From Felis catus (lineage: Eukaryota), in assembly GCF_018350175.1 (NCBI RefSeq), contig NC_058368.1:138262001-138326000 (forward strand): a stretch of 64,000 nucleotides of DNA. The letters are read 5' to 3'. Shown here piece after piece: positions 1-12,621 of the stretch; the stretch's first letter is position 1, and every line of letters starts with the position of its first letter. A program made the position numbers and the translations under genes. Below the pieces are notes generated by a model. The model saw nothing but the letters and a program-made list of their open reading frames with translations, had not been told where the DNA came from and did not search any database.

Positions 1-2022
1 GCTCTTCCTTCTGCCTGCAGTGCTCCTCCCTCAGATCAGCTGCAGGGATTGCCCCTTCAGTTCCTTTGGGTGTGCTCGGATAACACCTCTTCAGGCCTTT
101 CTTGACCACCTTATGTTTGGCTCATACTGGTTACTCAGAGCAACCCTGTCTATGGGCATCGTTGCCTTGAGAGTCCCTTGTCTCCCAGACCAACAAGACA
201 AAAACCATCTTCAAAATCCACATGCAAGAAGGCTGTCCTTCGTTCCGTGTTGATGGTGCAAGCTGACACCTTGGACCCATTGATTCCTCTTTGCTCTTGT
301 CCCCCAACTCGATACCATTCAGTCCTTCACTTCCTTTACTCTGAATGCTTTTACCAGCTTCCTCTCGGTCAAACACCACTTTCTTCTTGCCCACCTGTGC
401 TTAAGGACTTCTCTCTCTTTTTGTTCACTGGATTAGCCCACACTTTCCAGACAGATGTGTTTGGTTGCCTGTGTGCTGAATAGTCCTATAGGTGGTTCCT
501 TCCTCAGCCTCAGTTTATAGCCAGCGGCCTCACCTGGCCTGTGTTCTCTTGCCTCTTTCCCTTGCTTATGATGATCTTCCTCCTCTTAGTTTCCCCAGCT
601 CCTCTGTATCTGTCTTGATTTCTTGCCCCATCTTGGGAGGGGTTCCCTGACCACCATGTCTGAAAATTTTGCACACCACATGTATGAGGTATTTACCTCT
701 TCCGTTTAATGTAATGTACACCCTCCTGTTTTTAACTACTAAAATAGACTTCAAGGACTCTAATCACACAGTGGTTCTTCTATATTCCCTGCAGCAGCTG
801 TCACAAAGCCCAGCCTTTGGGTACTCATGTGTAGTTAATGCTTATGGGGGGGGGGCGGGCTCCCTGAAAGGTAAACTTCTGTAGCACAGGACATGTTGGT
901 TCACACAGACTTGGTCAAGTGGATGGCCATGAGAGTTTTTGTGGAAGACGGAAATGGCTGAAAACATAGAGGATGTAGTTAGCTTTTAAAATAGTCATTA
1001 TTTTTAAAAAAATGCAGTAGGACTCATAAAGGGTACAAGGTTTAAGGAGAAATTTAAAACTATCCAAAATCTTAACAGCTAGAAAAGATGGCTATTCATA
1101 TTTTAATGGAGTCCTTTCTAATAATAAAAAAGTTAGCTGTTAATGCTGGTGTTTTTATATGAAATGTGTTTGATTACTCTTAACTTACTATACATTTAAC
1201 TTTTTCCCCATTTTTTTTTTTACAACAAATAATGTTGTAGGTGGCATTCTTTTGCATATAGCACTGTCCACATCTTTGATTATTGTCTTAAATTCTAGCA
1301 TCAGTAGGTGTTAAATTTCCTCTTTAACCCACAGTTTTTAAAAAGTTTTAGGACTTACAGTTTTTAAGGAGAGGAGTGTTGGGGGTGTAAGCTTTGATTA
1401 TTAAGTTTTTTTACATGGGGCATGAGATTGTGACATGTGTAAGCTGCTGTTATTAGGAAATAATCCTATTTTATGGGTGTATTTTTGTTTTTAATTATGA
1501 AGATTACTATTTCTAATCTGGAAACCATGATATGATATAAAACAAAACATAATAGATAGTCAAAATTTTGGTGTTTGTATTCTTTTTTGTTAAAGCCTGA
1601 GTTGCTACTTTTTCACAAATTCCTTTGTTTATAAATAGATTTCACTGCTTATGTTTAGATATTACATTATTTAGTGCACAGAAGTTCACAAATCACAGCT
1701 TTGTTGAAGATTTGACTTTGATAAATATAAAGTAACCTCTTTAATGCCATTATATGCTTTGGGCATTGAATTTCACTTTGTCTGAAATTAATATTCCTTT
1801 TGCTTTCCTTTCCTTTGAATTTTCTCTTACTATTTCTTTGTTTTTAATTTGGAATGTGTGTCTTTAATTTAGACGTAATCTGGAATTGAGAGCTAGTATT
1901 TTATAACAAGGCTTCTTTTTTTTTTTTCTTATTTACTCAATTTTACAGCTGTCAATTATCTTTTATAGTTCTTTGCTGTTTTCCTTGATGTTTGATTTTG
2001 CTATTTATACCATGTGTTGTTG

Positions 2023-2244
2023 ATGTTTGTTTTATTTTGAGAGAGAGAGCATTCCAACTGGGATAGGGCAGAGACGGAGAGAGAGAGAGGGAGAGAGAGA
2101 GAGAGAAAGAGAGTCAGTCTCAAGCAGGTTCCGAGCTGTCAGTGCAGAGCCTGATGCGGAGCTTGATTCCACAAACCGTGAGATCATGACCTGAGCCAGA
2201 ATCAAGAGCTGGACACTTAACCCACAGAGCCGGCCAGGACCCTG
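2023..2244 (-). mobile_element. Can-SINE
   Basis: Reverse tRNA-derived head, (GA)n; TSD ccatgtgttgttg at 2010-2022 and 2245-2257. Confidence 0.9.
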
Positions 2245-4475
2245 CCATGTGTTGTTGGTTTTTATGTTACCTGGGGATTGGGCAAGATAAGCTAGCTTTT
2301 TCAATATCTGCTAGTGGTAACTTTTACTGCTTATAATTGAATATTCTCTAATTTCTCTAATATTTACCCTTTTCTCTGTTAGAGCTTATTGGTATCCTGA
2401 ATTATTGAATTGCCATTTTAATGTTGTATGATCTTTCAAGAATAGCTTTCTGTTTCAAGAATAATTTGATACCTGTATTCAGTTCTCTGTCTCTACTTGC
2501 AAAATGTTTTTAGATGTTTTTTGTTTAGCTGGTTTCAGTGCATTGTGAAAAATGCCTTTGTGAAATGCAGATTTCATCGTGAAATGAAAATGCATTGTGA
2601 AAAAAACCATTGCTCGTTTTTTTTTTCTTTTTTAAAATAAAGTTCGATCGCTTCTCGAACCCTTAATTTCGATTCTGCTCTTTGATAGTCTTAAGTAGTG
2701 TTTCAGATAAATAAATATTTTTTTCAAAAGGGTCGTTGGAGTGATCTGTTTTCTGAAACCTTGTGTATCTAAGTAGATAGATCTTTGTGTCTTTCACACA
2801 CAAAGGGATTGATGTAGCTAAATAAATTCCTAGACCAAAACCTTTGCCCCCAATACCCTGTCAACATTGGTCCATGAATTTTGGGCATTAAATATTATAG
2901 TGGAAAAGTTTGGGGCCTGTCTGACCTTCTTTCTTTATTGGTGACCTGCTTTTTCTGCCTACATGCTTGAGAACTTTAAAATTTTAAATCCTATAGATGT
3001 CAGAATATGTCTGTAGAACAGTTGTCGTTTAATTCCTAGGAAACCATGAGACCTTTTGATTTGCCTTTTGTAGTTCTTTTTTAGCTTGATAAAAGTTTTT
3101 GTCAAGTTGTAGCTTTGACTGTTGCTTCTGATGTAATTTTCTGATTTCTTCCTTGGAGAAGTATGATCTCTGTTCCCTTTTTTGTATGACATGTTCTATT
3201 TTATAATTATACCCCTCTTTCCCTCTCCATTCTGGAGGGAATCTTTCAAGTCTAATTTCCTGGTGCTGCTTTGATAGTTTTGTTAAATCGATTCTCCTCA
3301 GTTCGTTCTCAGTTCTGCTTTCTTGTCTCACGAAACTCCTTCCCCCTGTCATCTTGCAGGCCTATTGTGCTGCTCTGTTCTCCCTCCGTGGCCCTGTGGT
3401 CCTATTTTATGTCTATTTTGTGTATCTAAGTTTTTCCTCTCTGTTTCTAGATTTAATGGTATTCAGTGGCTCGCTTTTCCTGTGAGTTTTCAGTCTAAAT
3501 TTTTGTTGGGCTCATCCTGTCCACTTTTTCCCCTTTCCTTTCACTCACTTGTTTTGGAACGAGGAGAGAGCCCTCTGATTTCCACACTTGCCACCAGGAC
3601 CAGTATGTGGCTAATTCTGACCTCTGCTCATTGGCCTTTGAGGTGTTGGCTAAAATGCCTCTGCGGACCTACAGCGGGAGGAAGTTGGGCTCATTTCTCA
3701 GTGGGTTATAGGTATTTGACGAGAATGGCTTGGATGGATCTAAATGTGACCTACCCACAAGGAAGGATCCTTCTCATAAAGATTGTGTTAAGCTGCAGGC
3801 TCCTCGTCTACAGTGTGTGGGGTGGGTGGGACGAGGAGGTGGCGGCTGATGGTGCGGAGGCTGGAGGGCGGGCGGGCAGGACAGGATGGCAGCGGCCTGG
3901 CAGAAAGTGGTCCCCACATGCAGAGACGGCTCTCTCTCAACACACCCTGCGTCTCTGAGCCAGCGGGCAGAAATGGGCAGGCAAACTCTTGCCTTTTAGT
4001 GAGGTTGAGGGCCCCATGTTTTATGGAGTAAGACAGGCGGGTTGATAATTTGTCTCTTTTAATTTGGCCACCTGTAGTTAGCAGGATTTCCTGTCAGAGG
4101 CTGACAGGACTTTATTTGCAGCACTGTGTGAGTCTTACTTCTTTCAATTCGCAAGGCGTTTTACCTGGCGTGGGAGCGGGCACTTGCCGCCAGCCGGATA
4201 TCAGAAATTCATTGCAGTGTCGGGCGTATAGTAGTCACTGAGTTCTCAGAGTGTATATCCCATATAATTGCAGGTTTCGTAATTGGTAAGACTGCGGCAG
4301 AAGGGGAAAAATATCTCCAAGGAAATGAAAACATTAGCCATGTGCTTGTGCTCGAGTGGTGGGGCTGCCTGTGATTTAGTTATTTTTTCCCCTATATTTC
4401 CTAAATATTTTTATATGCTATTTTTACCGCGACCAGCAAACGCACAGTGTGGCCTTACTCATTCTTCCCTTTCAG

Positions 4476-4531
4476 ACTGTAATGCAAACGTACACAAGGG
4501 CTGTAAAGACGGTGCCCCTCCATGTACCAAG
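4476..4531 (+). CDS. ARHGEF28: ARHGEF28 exon (window exon 1): end of C1 zinc finger
   Basis: ttcccttTCAG|AC TGT AAT...ACC AAG|gtaatc; 56 nt, phase 1-0; translates CNANVHKGCKDGAPPCTK with the C1-type H-x-x-C...C pattern. Confidence 0.95.
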
Positions 4532-4822
4532 GTAATCTCTCGTTTGTTTTTCATGTGCATATATAGCTCTGTTGCTTCCTGCTATCTGTTTAGGTTCTTA
4601 TTTTTTTTTATCATGGTCTAGATTTGTTTCTAAAGTGATCATTATAGTGATAAAAGAACACGTGTTCTAAGTGCACGGTCGTTGCCTTAACTATGTCCCT
4701 TTGGAAGTAGGGAAAGCTCAGATGTGGCCACCTGTGTCACAAGGTGGAAGTGGGTTAGCCTTTCTGTCGAGACGGGCTCGGTTTATGAGTGCAGACCTTA
4801 AGCATAAGGGTATGAAGTCTAG

Positions 4823-4992
4823 AGCAGTAATTCTCAAATAGAAAATATCAACATCACACCCGGAAGACCTATTTCTGAGCCCCATTCTCAGAATTGCTGA
4901 TCCGGTAGAGTCCAGGTGGGGTCGGAGAATTTGTATTTTTAACAAGTTCCCAGGTGGTACTGCTGTGCTGGGACCGTACTGTGAGGCCCGCT
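4823..4992. mobile_element. MER5-like hAT-Charlie DNA transposon remnant
   Basis: cagtaattctcaaa...gaatttgtatttttaacaagttcccaggtg. Confidence 0.7.
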
Positions 4993-5573
4993 AGAATAAA
5001 GGGATGTTCTCTGAGTTTGGGAGTGGGCTTGAGGGAACGGGCGCATGTGTCCCATCTCTTGCTTTGTTTCCCACTCTCACGTCCTGTTAGAAATGCGAGT
5101 GAGCATGCCGACACTTCAGGGGGAACCTTGGGGTCTCTAACTTCTGTGATCAATGGAAACACACGTCGCGTCAGGTCACAGAGTTAAGGATGATGTTTCA
5201 GCAGCCAGGGGTGTTGTGTCCTGTAGACAGGAAGGGTAGCCAAGAGTAGGAAGAGCAAGTGGGAGAAAGGCAGCACCGACAGGAATTCCTCTCTCAGCCT
5301 CAGGCTGGACGCACATGTTGGACATTTCTGGTTGCCATAGATGTTAAATAAAGCTGGGATATTCATGAGATGTGTTCGTGAGGTTCGCCCTCATTACAAC
5401 TCATCATTGCACATCTCATCGTTATAACTTGTTTCTTTGTTGCTTTTAGTGTCTTTTGCTTTGAATTCTTGGTTTGAAATGACACAGATAAGAATCCTGT
5501 ATAACTGGGTGGACATTCTTGTAGTCAAATGGAATTTAATCTTATTTTCCATGTTTCCAATGTTCTTTATTAG

Positions 5574-5622
5574 AAATTCCAAGAGAAACATAACAAGAAC
5601 AAGCTGCAGACCACCCTTGGAA
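5574..5622 (+). CDS. ARHGEF28: ARHGEF28 exon (window exon 2)
   Basis: ttctttatTAG|AAA TTC...GGA A|gtaagt; 49 nt, phase 0-1; KFQEKHNKNKLQTTLG. Confidence 0.93.
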
Positions 5623-6667
5623 GTAAGTGACATAGAAATGACAATTGCATACATATCATACTTTCTTCCAGTGTAAAATACCGGCTCCTTTGTTACTTCC
5701 TTTGCCCAATTACTTCTTCCTTCCTAACACATGGTTAGTGTAATATTTAATTACAAGGAGGTCAAGAACAGTATAAACTTCCATGCCAGCCTAATAACCT
5801 TTGTTCTGTATGTACTATATGATATATTTTAAGGAGGACTATATGGGGGGACCTACTAGGATATTGTCTCAATTATAAGATATGATGTAGTGTAATATGC
5901 ACTATTGATTTAATAACAACCTTCAGGGGAAAAGAGAGATATGACATTAGATGTACATAACTTTGTTTTCCTAGCAGTAACCTCCATTTACCTATACAAA
6001 TACCTATCACATACTTCTTCAGAATCAAGGTGAGGGATAGAATCCTCAAGTTTGGAGTCTATAGTCCCTGATGTCCATTATTCTAGTGACCTGGTCCTGC
6101 TTTATTAGTTGGGCTTGAGGCTGGGATCTTATCAGCTCCTTTAGCATGACCGAAATTTCAAGGCATGCTGGCATTTTCCTCGCATAGGGCTAGTCTTGGT
6201 GCTTATGTTTTTTCCTTGAATTGCTTAAATTTATTGCTTAAATTTAAACAATTTCTCTTGGAAGTAATCAGCCTCTGAAAGTAGTTTATATTGCATGCAA
6301 GAACCAGGGACCATAATCTCCTAAGTTGGAAAATCCTTTCATCTATTGTGAGAGATTTTGGAATTTGTTCTGCCTCAAATACTGCATTGCTTTCCAGATG
6401 ACAGGCGTTTTTAAGTTTGGGGTCACTTTTCATTTTAATCCTCCAACAGTGTGACCAGTGTTTCCAAGATCACCTGAATCAGGGAACAATAAAGTATGCA
6501 GAGTCATGATGACATGAGATTGGATGTGATGTTACACAGATGCCACTTGTGCAGATGGTAACAGCTGTGACATCACTTACCCTCTGCTTTGGCAGAAGTC
6601 CCTTTGATTGTAGTTGTGAGGCTCTTCTCAATTTCATAAGGTTAAACATGAAAATATAAAGCATCTT

Positions 6668-6890
6668 GGGGCGCCTGGGTGGCTCAGTCAGTTGAACATC
6701 TGACTTTGGCTCAGGTCATGATCTCATAGTTTATGGGTTTGAGCCCCGCATCGGGCTCTGTGCTGACAGCTCAGAGCCTGGAGCCTGCTTCGGAGTCTGT
6801 GTCTCCCTCTCTCTCTGCCCCTCCCCTGCACTCACTCTCTCTCTCTGTCTCTCTCAAAGATAAATAAACATGAAAAAAAAATTTAAAAAG
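6668..6890 (+). mobile_element. Can-SINE (SINEC_Fc-like)
   Basis: ggggcgcctgggtggctcag head, (CT)n, A tail; TSD atataaagcatctt. Confidence 0.93.
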
Positions 6891-7681
6891 AAGATATAAA
6901 GCATCTTATAACTGATAAAAATTCCATCTCTGTACTTGGAAGCCATGAAGATAAAACCAAATCACACATGTATAAGATCCTTCATGATACTCCGGGGCTC
7001 TATATAAGTATTCATTCTCCTTTACTTGAGAAGGTGTTTGCTATATCTCTGAAACTGTTTAGACTGAAATGTTTCCCGAGGTCATGTATGGTACACCTCA
7101 AATGTAAAACCATATATGCCTGTCACAATTTAGAATTGACGAGAAAGGCACTGAAGCACCCTTTAGTTTTCATTCAGTACGTGACAGAGAAGAGCTCAGC
7201 TTGACTTGGAGGTTTCATTTGCCTGAAGTTATCACCCATAAAGAATAGACTCCCCAGCATCATTCCAATCCACTGACATGCCATGTGTGTGTATGACTGT
7301 TTATACATACAATATGCATTCTAATAGTGCTAATAACACCTTGGATCTATTTAAAGCTGGCTCTAAGGAGTACAAGCAGTGGTTTATGGGAAAGCTGTCT
7401 CAGTGTTTCCCCATTCCATTTTCTTGTTTGTGTAATCCCAGCCGCCCAGTCTCCAAGTGGATACGCTAAAGCAGGTCTGCCACATGGGTGTCAGGAGGGT
7501 GTGAAATGGAAGGGACATTTGAAGCAGGTGTCAGGATGTGGCAAGAAGACTGGTTTCAAGGCTGGGCATGTGATGTATTAGAAGCCGCCATTCGAGTGTT
7601 TCGCTTCTTGGCTTTTTACATGACTGCTGGTAATTACTGCCCTCTGTGAAAACCACGTGAAGCGCTCATTTTGATTTCTAG

Positions 7682-7826
7682 ATTCTTCATTCCGAGACAT
7701 CCCGCAACCTGGTCTCTCCTTGCACCCTTCTTCCTCCATGCCTATTGGATTGCCCACTGGGAGAAAAGAAACTTCAGTGCAGGTCCATCCATTGTCCAGA
7801 AGTGTTCCAGGCACTACCTTGGAAAG
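7682..7826 (+). CDS. ARHGEF28: ARHGEF28 exon (window exon 3)
   Basis: gatttcTAG|AT TCT...GAA AG|gtaagg; 145 nt, phase 1-2; SSFRDIPQPGLSLHPSSSMPIGLPTGRKETSVQVHPLSRSVPGTTLE. Confidence 0.94.
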
Positions 7827-7906
7827 GTAAGGCTTAATGTGATTTCTCATCTTAATATCTCAGAGCCACCACTGGAGCTGACTCTTCTCTCTCTCTCTCC
7901 CTCCAG

Positions 7907-8034
7907 TTTCAGAAGGTCAGGGCTATCCTTGGAGTCTGAGAGTGACGGGAACAACTGGAGAAGCAGGTCTCATTCCGATGAACTTTTACAGTCTATGGGC
8001 TCTTCTCCTTCCACGGAGTCCTTTTTAATGGAAG
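7907..8034 (+). CDS. ARHGEF28: ARHGEF28 exon (window exon 4)
   Basis: (ct)n ccCAG|T TTC AGA...GAA G|gtgagg; 128 nt, phase 2-1, after an 80-nt intron; FRRSGLSLESESDGNNWRSRSHSDELLQSMGSSPSTESFLME. Confidence 0.95.
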
Positions 8035-8356
8035 GTGAGGAGAAGACACGTTTGTTTCTGTGGTGAATTGCCAAGTGGAATATTTTCTGAAGGATGTAAA
8101 ATTGAAACACTCTTTTTTCTTAAAAAAGAATTCTGTTTCATGGTGTCTTTTTGGTATAGGTTCTTTTGATAAAATAATGAAAATTTAACCCTAGTGGATA
8201 CTCCACATAGTGACTGAGTATAAATGATGTATTGAATAGACATGTCATAAAGATAAGAGAATGAAATACATTCTGTGCTTGTTGTTGTTTAAAAAGCTCT
8301 AGAACTACTGATGAATTGGAATCAGGATCATACATTAAAAATACATACTTAGTTAT

Positions 8357-8477
8357 GGGGTGCCTGGGTGGCTCAGTCGGTTACATGTCCGACTTGGGCT
8401 TAGGTCATGATCTCACAGTTTGTGAATTCGAGCCCGCCGTCAGGCTCTGTGTTCACAGCCTGGAGCCTCCTTCTGAT

Positions 8478-8508
<31 letters not shown>

Positions 8509-8565
8509 GCCCCTCCCCTGCTCATGCTCTGTCTCTCTCTCTCTCTCAAAAATAAATAAAAATTT
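8357..8565 (+). mobile_element. Can-SINE followed by (CA)n
   Basis: ggggtgcctgggtggctcag head, (CT)n, aaataaataaaa tail. Confidence 0.92.

Positions 8566-8567
<2 letters not shown>

Positions 8568-8609
<42 letters not shown>
8568..8609. repeat. (CA)n microsatellite, about 20 units
   Basis: Read directly. Confidence 0.95.
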
Positions 8610-8611
<2 letters not shown>

Positions 8612-8857
8612 AGTTAAGAGGGTACTCACCTAGATTTCTGAGATACTTACCACTATCTGTTACCCTCTACTTCTAGAGGAATAAAAGCATGTTTTAAAGC
8701 ATATTTTGTAAGATAGGATTTATTCTGGTGAACTGCATGTTGTATCCAAGCTATATCAATCAGTAAAGGAGGACCCAAGGAAAGGAGATCAGTGACAAGA
8801 GAAAGGAGTGGACACTGCCCAGGGAATCTTTTGCTTTTATTTTGAACTTGGATCTTT

Positions 8858-9091
8858 TTTTTATTTACATTTTTTTTTCAACGTTTTTTATTTATTTTTG
8901 GAACAGAGAGAGACAGAGCATGAACGGGGGAGGGACAGAGAGAGAGGGAGACACAGAATCGGAAACAGGCTCCAGGCTCCAGGCTCCGAGCCATCAGCCC
9001 AGAGCCTGATGCGGGGCTCGAACTCACGGGCCGCGAGATCGCGACCTGGCTGAAGTCGGACGCTTAACCGACTGCGCCACCCAGGCGCCCC
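8858..9091 (-). mobile_element. Young Can-SINE (SINEC_Fc-like)
   Basis: CpG-rich body; TSD tgaacttggatcttt; extra internal caggctc unit. Confidence 0.95.
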
Positions 9092-9187
9092 TGAACTTGG
9101 ATCTTTAAATCCATTGTTGTCTCATCTCGACTGAGCTGGACTCTAAGGAATGCTGTTTGGGCATGTAGGATTTAGTTTTCCTAGAAG

Positions 9188-9190
<3 letters not shown>

Positions 9191-9238
<48 letters not shown>
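9191..9238. repeat. (TG)24 microsatellite
   Basis: Read directly. Confidence 0.97.
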
Positions 9239-9239
<1 letters not shown>

Positions 9240-9739
9240 TGTCAAGCTCTCCAAAAAAAACCAAAAAAAAACCAAAACAAAACTGTACTCATAGGACTTG
9301 AGCCCATGTACCCTGCTTTCATGTTTATATTAAGGACAGCAAGCCACATCAAGAGCAAAGACAACATTCAGATATGAGTAAACAGTACAGAGTTCCCTGG
9401 GGCAAAAGAAATTGTGTGTTCAAGATTCTGTAATCATTTTATGGACTCAAAAGGTTACCAAAAATAAAACTATAGTACAGCACGCCCAAACAAAGAAAAG
9501 AATCTTTAAATGTCTTTTTTTTCCCCCCCTGCACACATAAACCATCACTGTTTTCATGATTCTTTGCTTTCATGAGAGCTGCCTTGACTTGGACCCTTTC
9601 ACCAGTTTGGTTTTCAGGGGTTTCTTCTCCACATCAACAGTATTTTGGCTTAGTTGTTTCTGTGTTGACAGTAGGTTTATTTCCTGTGTGTTTTGTGTGT
9701 GACTCCACTTCTGGCTTCTCTGTTCTACCTACATCCTAG

Positions 9740-9880
9740 ATGTCGTGGATTCTTCTCTGTGGAGTGACCTCAGCAGTGATGCCCAGGAGCTGGAGGCAGA
9801 ATCTTGGAGCCTGGTGGTGGATCCCTCGTTTTGCAGTAAGCAGGGGAAGGATGTCATCAAAAGACAGGATGTCATTTTTG
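9740..9880 (+). CDS. ARHGEF28: ARHGEF28 exon (window exon 5): lead-in to DH domain
   Basis: catccTAG|AT GTC...TTT G|gtaagc; 141 nt, phase 1-1; VVDSSLWSDLSSDAQELEAESWSLVVDPSFCSKQGKDVIKRQDVIF (Lbc-family ESWS and KRQDVI motifs). Confidence 0.96.
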
Positions 9881-10048
9881 GTAAGCATTTAAAATACGCT
9901 CTTGGGGCTGATGCATTGTGGTATAGGGAAAGAGCATGAAATTTGCAGTCCTCCGGACCTGGGTTCAAATCCTTGTTCTATCTCTTTTTATCTACTTGAT
10001 CTCAGACAAATGATTTAACTTGCTTGGATCTTAGTTTCTCTGTCTTTA

Positions 10049-10264
10049 TTTTAAAAAAAAATTTTTTTTAACATTTATTTATTTTTGAGACAGAGAGCAT
10101 GAACAGGGGAAGGTCAGAGAAAGAGGGAGACACAGAATCTGAAACAGGCTCCAGGCTCTGAGCGGTCAGCACAGAGCCTGACCCGGGGCTCGAACCCATG
10201 GACCATGAGATCATGACCTGAGCCCAAGTTGGACGCTTAACCGACTGAGCCACCCAGGCCCCCC
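10049..10264 (-). mobile_element. Can-SINE
   Basis: TSD agtttctctgtcttta at 10033-10048 and 10265-10280. Confidence 0.94.
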
Positions 10265-10296
10265 AGTTTCTCTGTCTTTAAAATGGGGATAACAAT

Positions 10297-10524
10297 GGGG
10301 CGCCTGGGTGGCTCAGTTGGTTAGGCATCTGACTTTGGCTTGGGTCATGATCTCACAGTTTGTGAGTTCAAGCCCCGCGTCGGGCTCTGTGCTGACAGCT
10401 CAGAGACTGGAGCCTGCTTTAGATTCTGTCTCCTTCTCTCTCCACCCCCCGCCTGTGCTCAAGCTCTGTCTCTCTCTCTGTCTCTCCCCAAAATAAATAA
10501 ACATCAAAAAAAAAATTGTTTTTT
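10297..10524 (+). mobile_element. Can-SINE
   Basis: Head at 10297; TSD aaatggggataa. Confidence 0.94.
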
Positions 10525-10699
10525 AAATGGGGATAATGATATTCAGGTCTAACTGTTGTGAGGTTTAACTGAGGCATCGTATGTACCTGGTACAAAGCAA
10601 ATTTTATGTCTCAGACCTTTTAAAGTTTACTTAAACGTGGCCTATACGACTTTACTTCTCTTTTAAGAACCACGGGAAATTTTCACATACTTTCATGTA

Positions 10700-11290
10700 G
10701 GGCAGATGGGTTTCTTTCACTTAGTATACTGTTTTTGAGGTTCATCCTTACTGTTTATCAATACTTCATTCCTTTTTATGGCTGTATGTTATTTCATTGT
10801 AAACATACTACATTTTGTTTCATTATCAGTCGAAGGTCATTTTAGCAGTTGAGGGTCCTTTTGGGCCGTTTGCACTTTTTGGATCATATAGTAACTTTAC
10901 ATTTAACCTTAAGACGAACTGCCAGACTGTTCTCCAAAGCAGCTGCACCGTTTGGCATGCCTGTCGGTGAGGTACTGAGGATTTTGCTTTCCCCACATCC
11001 TTACTAACTCTTCGTTATCACCCACCCTTTTTATCACAGTTTGCCTAGTGTGTGTCACGTGGTGTCCCATTTTGGTTTTGATGTGCATGTTCCTGCTGGC
11101 TAATCAGGTCAAACATCTTTCCATGTGCTTATTGGTCATCTGTCTATATCTTTGGAGAAATAGCTTTTCAAATCTTTCGCACATATTGAAGTGGGCCTTT
11201 TGTTTTTTGTTTGTCTTTTTACTCTTGAGTTGTAATAGATCTTTTTCGTCTCTGGACGCAAGTCTCTTTTGAGATATTTTTCTTGCATTG
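10700..11290 (-). mobile_element. Old L1 fragment (ORF2 end/3' UTR)
   Basis: aactgccagactgttctccaaagcagctgcacc and catcttt(c)catgtgcttattggtcat are typical antisense L1 motifs; bounds approximate. Confidence 0.75.
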
Positions 11291-11679
11291 CCTTTTTTTT
11301 TTTTTCCAGTTCGTTTACTGGAAATCCCAATACTGCTGTTTCCTTAGAAGCTTAATAGTGTCATTGGCAGGCACACTTTATTAAAAATTGCTGTGTGAAA
11401 ATCAAGGTCATTGTTTCCATGTTCCTTGTGGTATTTACATCATCGTTGCCATAGCCGTGCAACCTGATCATACACATTTTTCTTGAACATCTCCGCTTGG
11501 TAGAGGTTCTCTCTTTCCGTAGACATTGCCTTTTAATTCTGTTCATCTGTGCTAGGATCTGAAATTCCTCCCCCCTAGTTTCTGTCTATGGGCTCCTCCA
11601 ACGTAAAAAAGTCTGATCTGTCTCCCTAGGCCTGCCCTTGGGAGTATTAGCACCAGTATTAGCCCCTCTTGTATGCCAC

Positions 11680-12010
11680 GCATTAAGTCTAGAAACCAGG
11701 GAAATAGCCGTGAACAAAATGTACAGATTTTCTTCTCGTGTGAACTTGTTGGGGGGAGACACTACAGTGTAGGACAGAAAATCTGTAAAATACTCAATAG
11801 AGTGTGTGTGGTAAGTGCTGAGAAGAAAACAGAGTAGTGGGCCATATCGAACATGGGGACATGGGTATTAAATGTTGGGGTCTACAGGGAGATTTGAGAG
11901 ACCAGTAATACTTCAAGAGAGCTGGGGGACTTGGGGAAGGAGTTAGACCTGGGGAGAAAACATACCAGGTGGTTGGAACAGCAACCATGGAGGCCTTGAG
12001 ATAGCATGTG
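11680..12010 (-). mobile_element. L2 fragment
   Basis: Purine-rich antisense L2-like text (gtgaacaaaatg...taagtgctgagaagaaa...gaggccttgag); bounds approximate. Confidence 0.5.
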
Positions 12011-12621
12011 ACATTCTCTCATTCTCTGGGCTGTCTTTTCATTTTCTCCATGGTTTCTCTTCCTTGATCATCACGCTTTTTTTTTTTTTTTTTTCTCCTG
12101 GAGAAAGTGGAATTTTGGCAACAGATCCAACGACTGTTATATGCATTAAGGAGCCTTATTATTTCAATTCAGTTTAATTTAATGAAGTGCTGCTACTCAA
12201 CGCAAAAACCAAAAAGCCAAAAAAGAAAGAAAGAAAAAAACCAGGCAAACTAAGTTATATTTTCATAGAGCATTTAGGGGAATGGAAGACCTGGTTCCTA
12301 GCTAAAGGTGCCTAGTTCATTACATTATGCTAGCTAATTATGTCTCAGTTTTAGATGAACGGGATTCTTATGTATGGGACTTCACTTATGTGTATCATCT
12401 TCACATATCTGGAAAAAAGAAAATGGTTTAGTATTTCGAGCTTGCATTAATTGTTGAGTCAATGCTGACTTTTATGGTGGAGGAATATCATTGTTCCAAA
12501 ACATCACCTCTTTTTTTGTTTTTTGGTTTTGTTTAATTTGTATAACGTTTCGTGTTTAGCCACTATTGTCAGTGGGTGGAGTACTTGCTCATTAAAGCTT
12601 GTGTCTGCGCATGTGTTTCAG

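Larger units (their letters stand above)
9915..10600 (+). mobile_element. MIR remnant interrupted by two Can-SINEs
   Basis: gacctgggttcaaatcc...ttagtttctctgtctttaaaatggggataa...gttgtgaggtttaactgag resembles the MIR core once the SINEs are removed. Confidence 0.75.

Noticed and set aside
3323..3958. 211-aa plus-strand ORF
   Set aside because: TTG start, no recognisable domain, no fit to the exon chain; composition resembles decayed repeat or intron.
6668..6760. tRNA-like A and B boxes at SINE heads
   Set aside because: Can-SINEs are tRNA-derived; these heads run into SINE bodies and are not tRNA genes.
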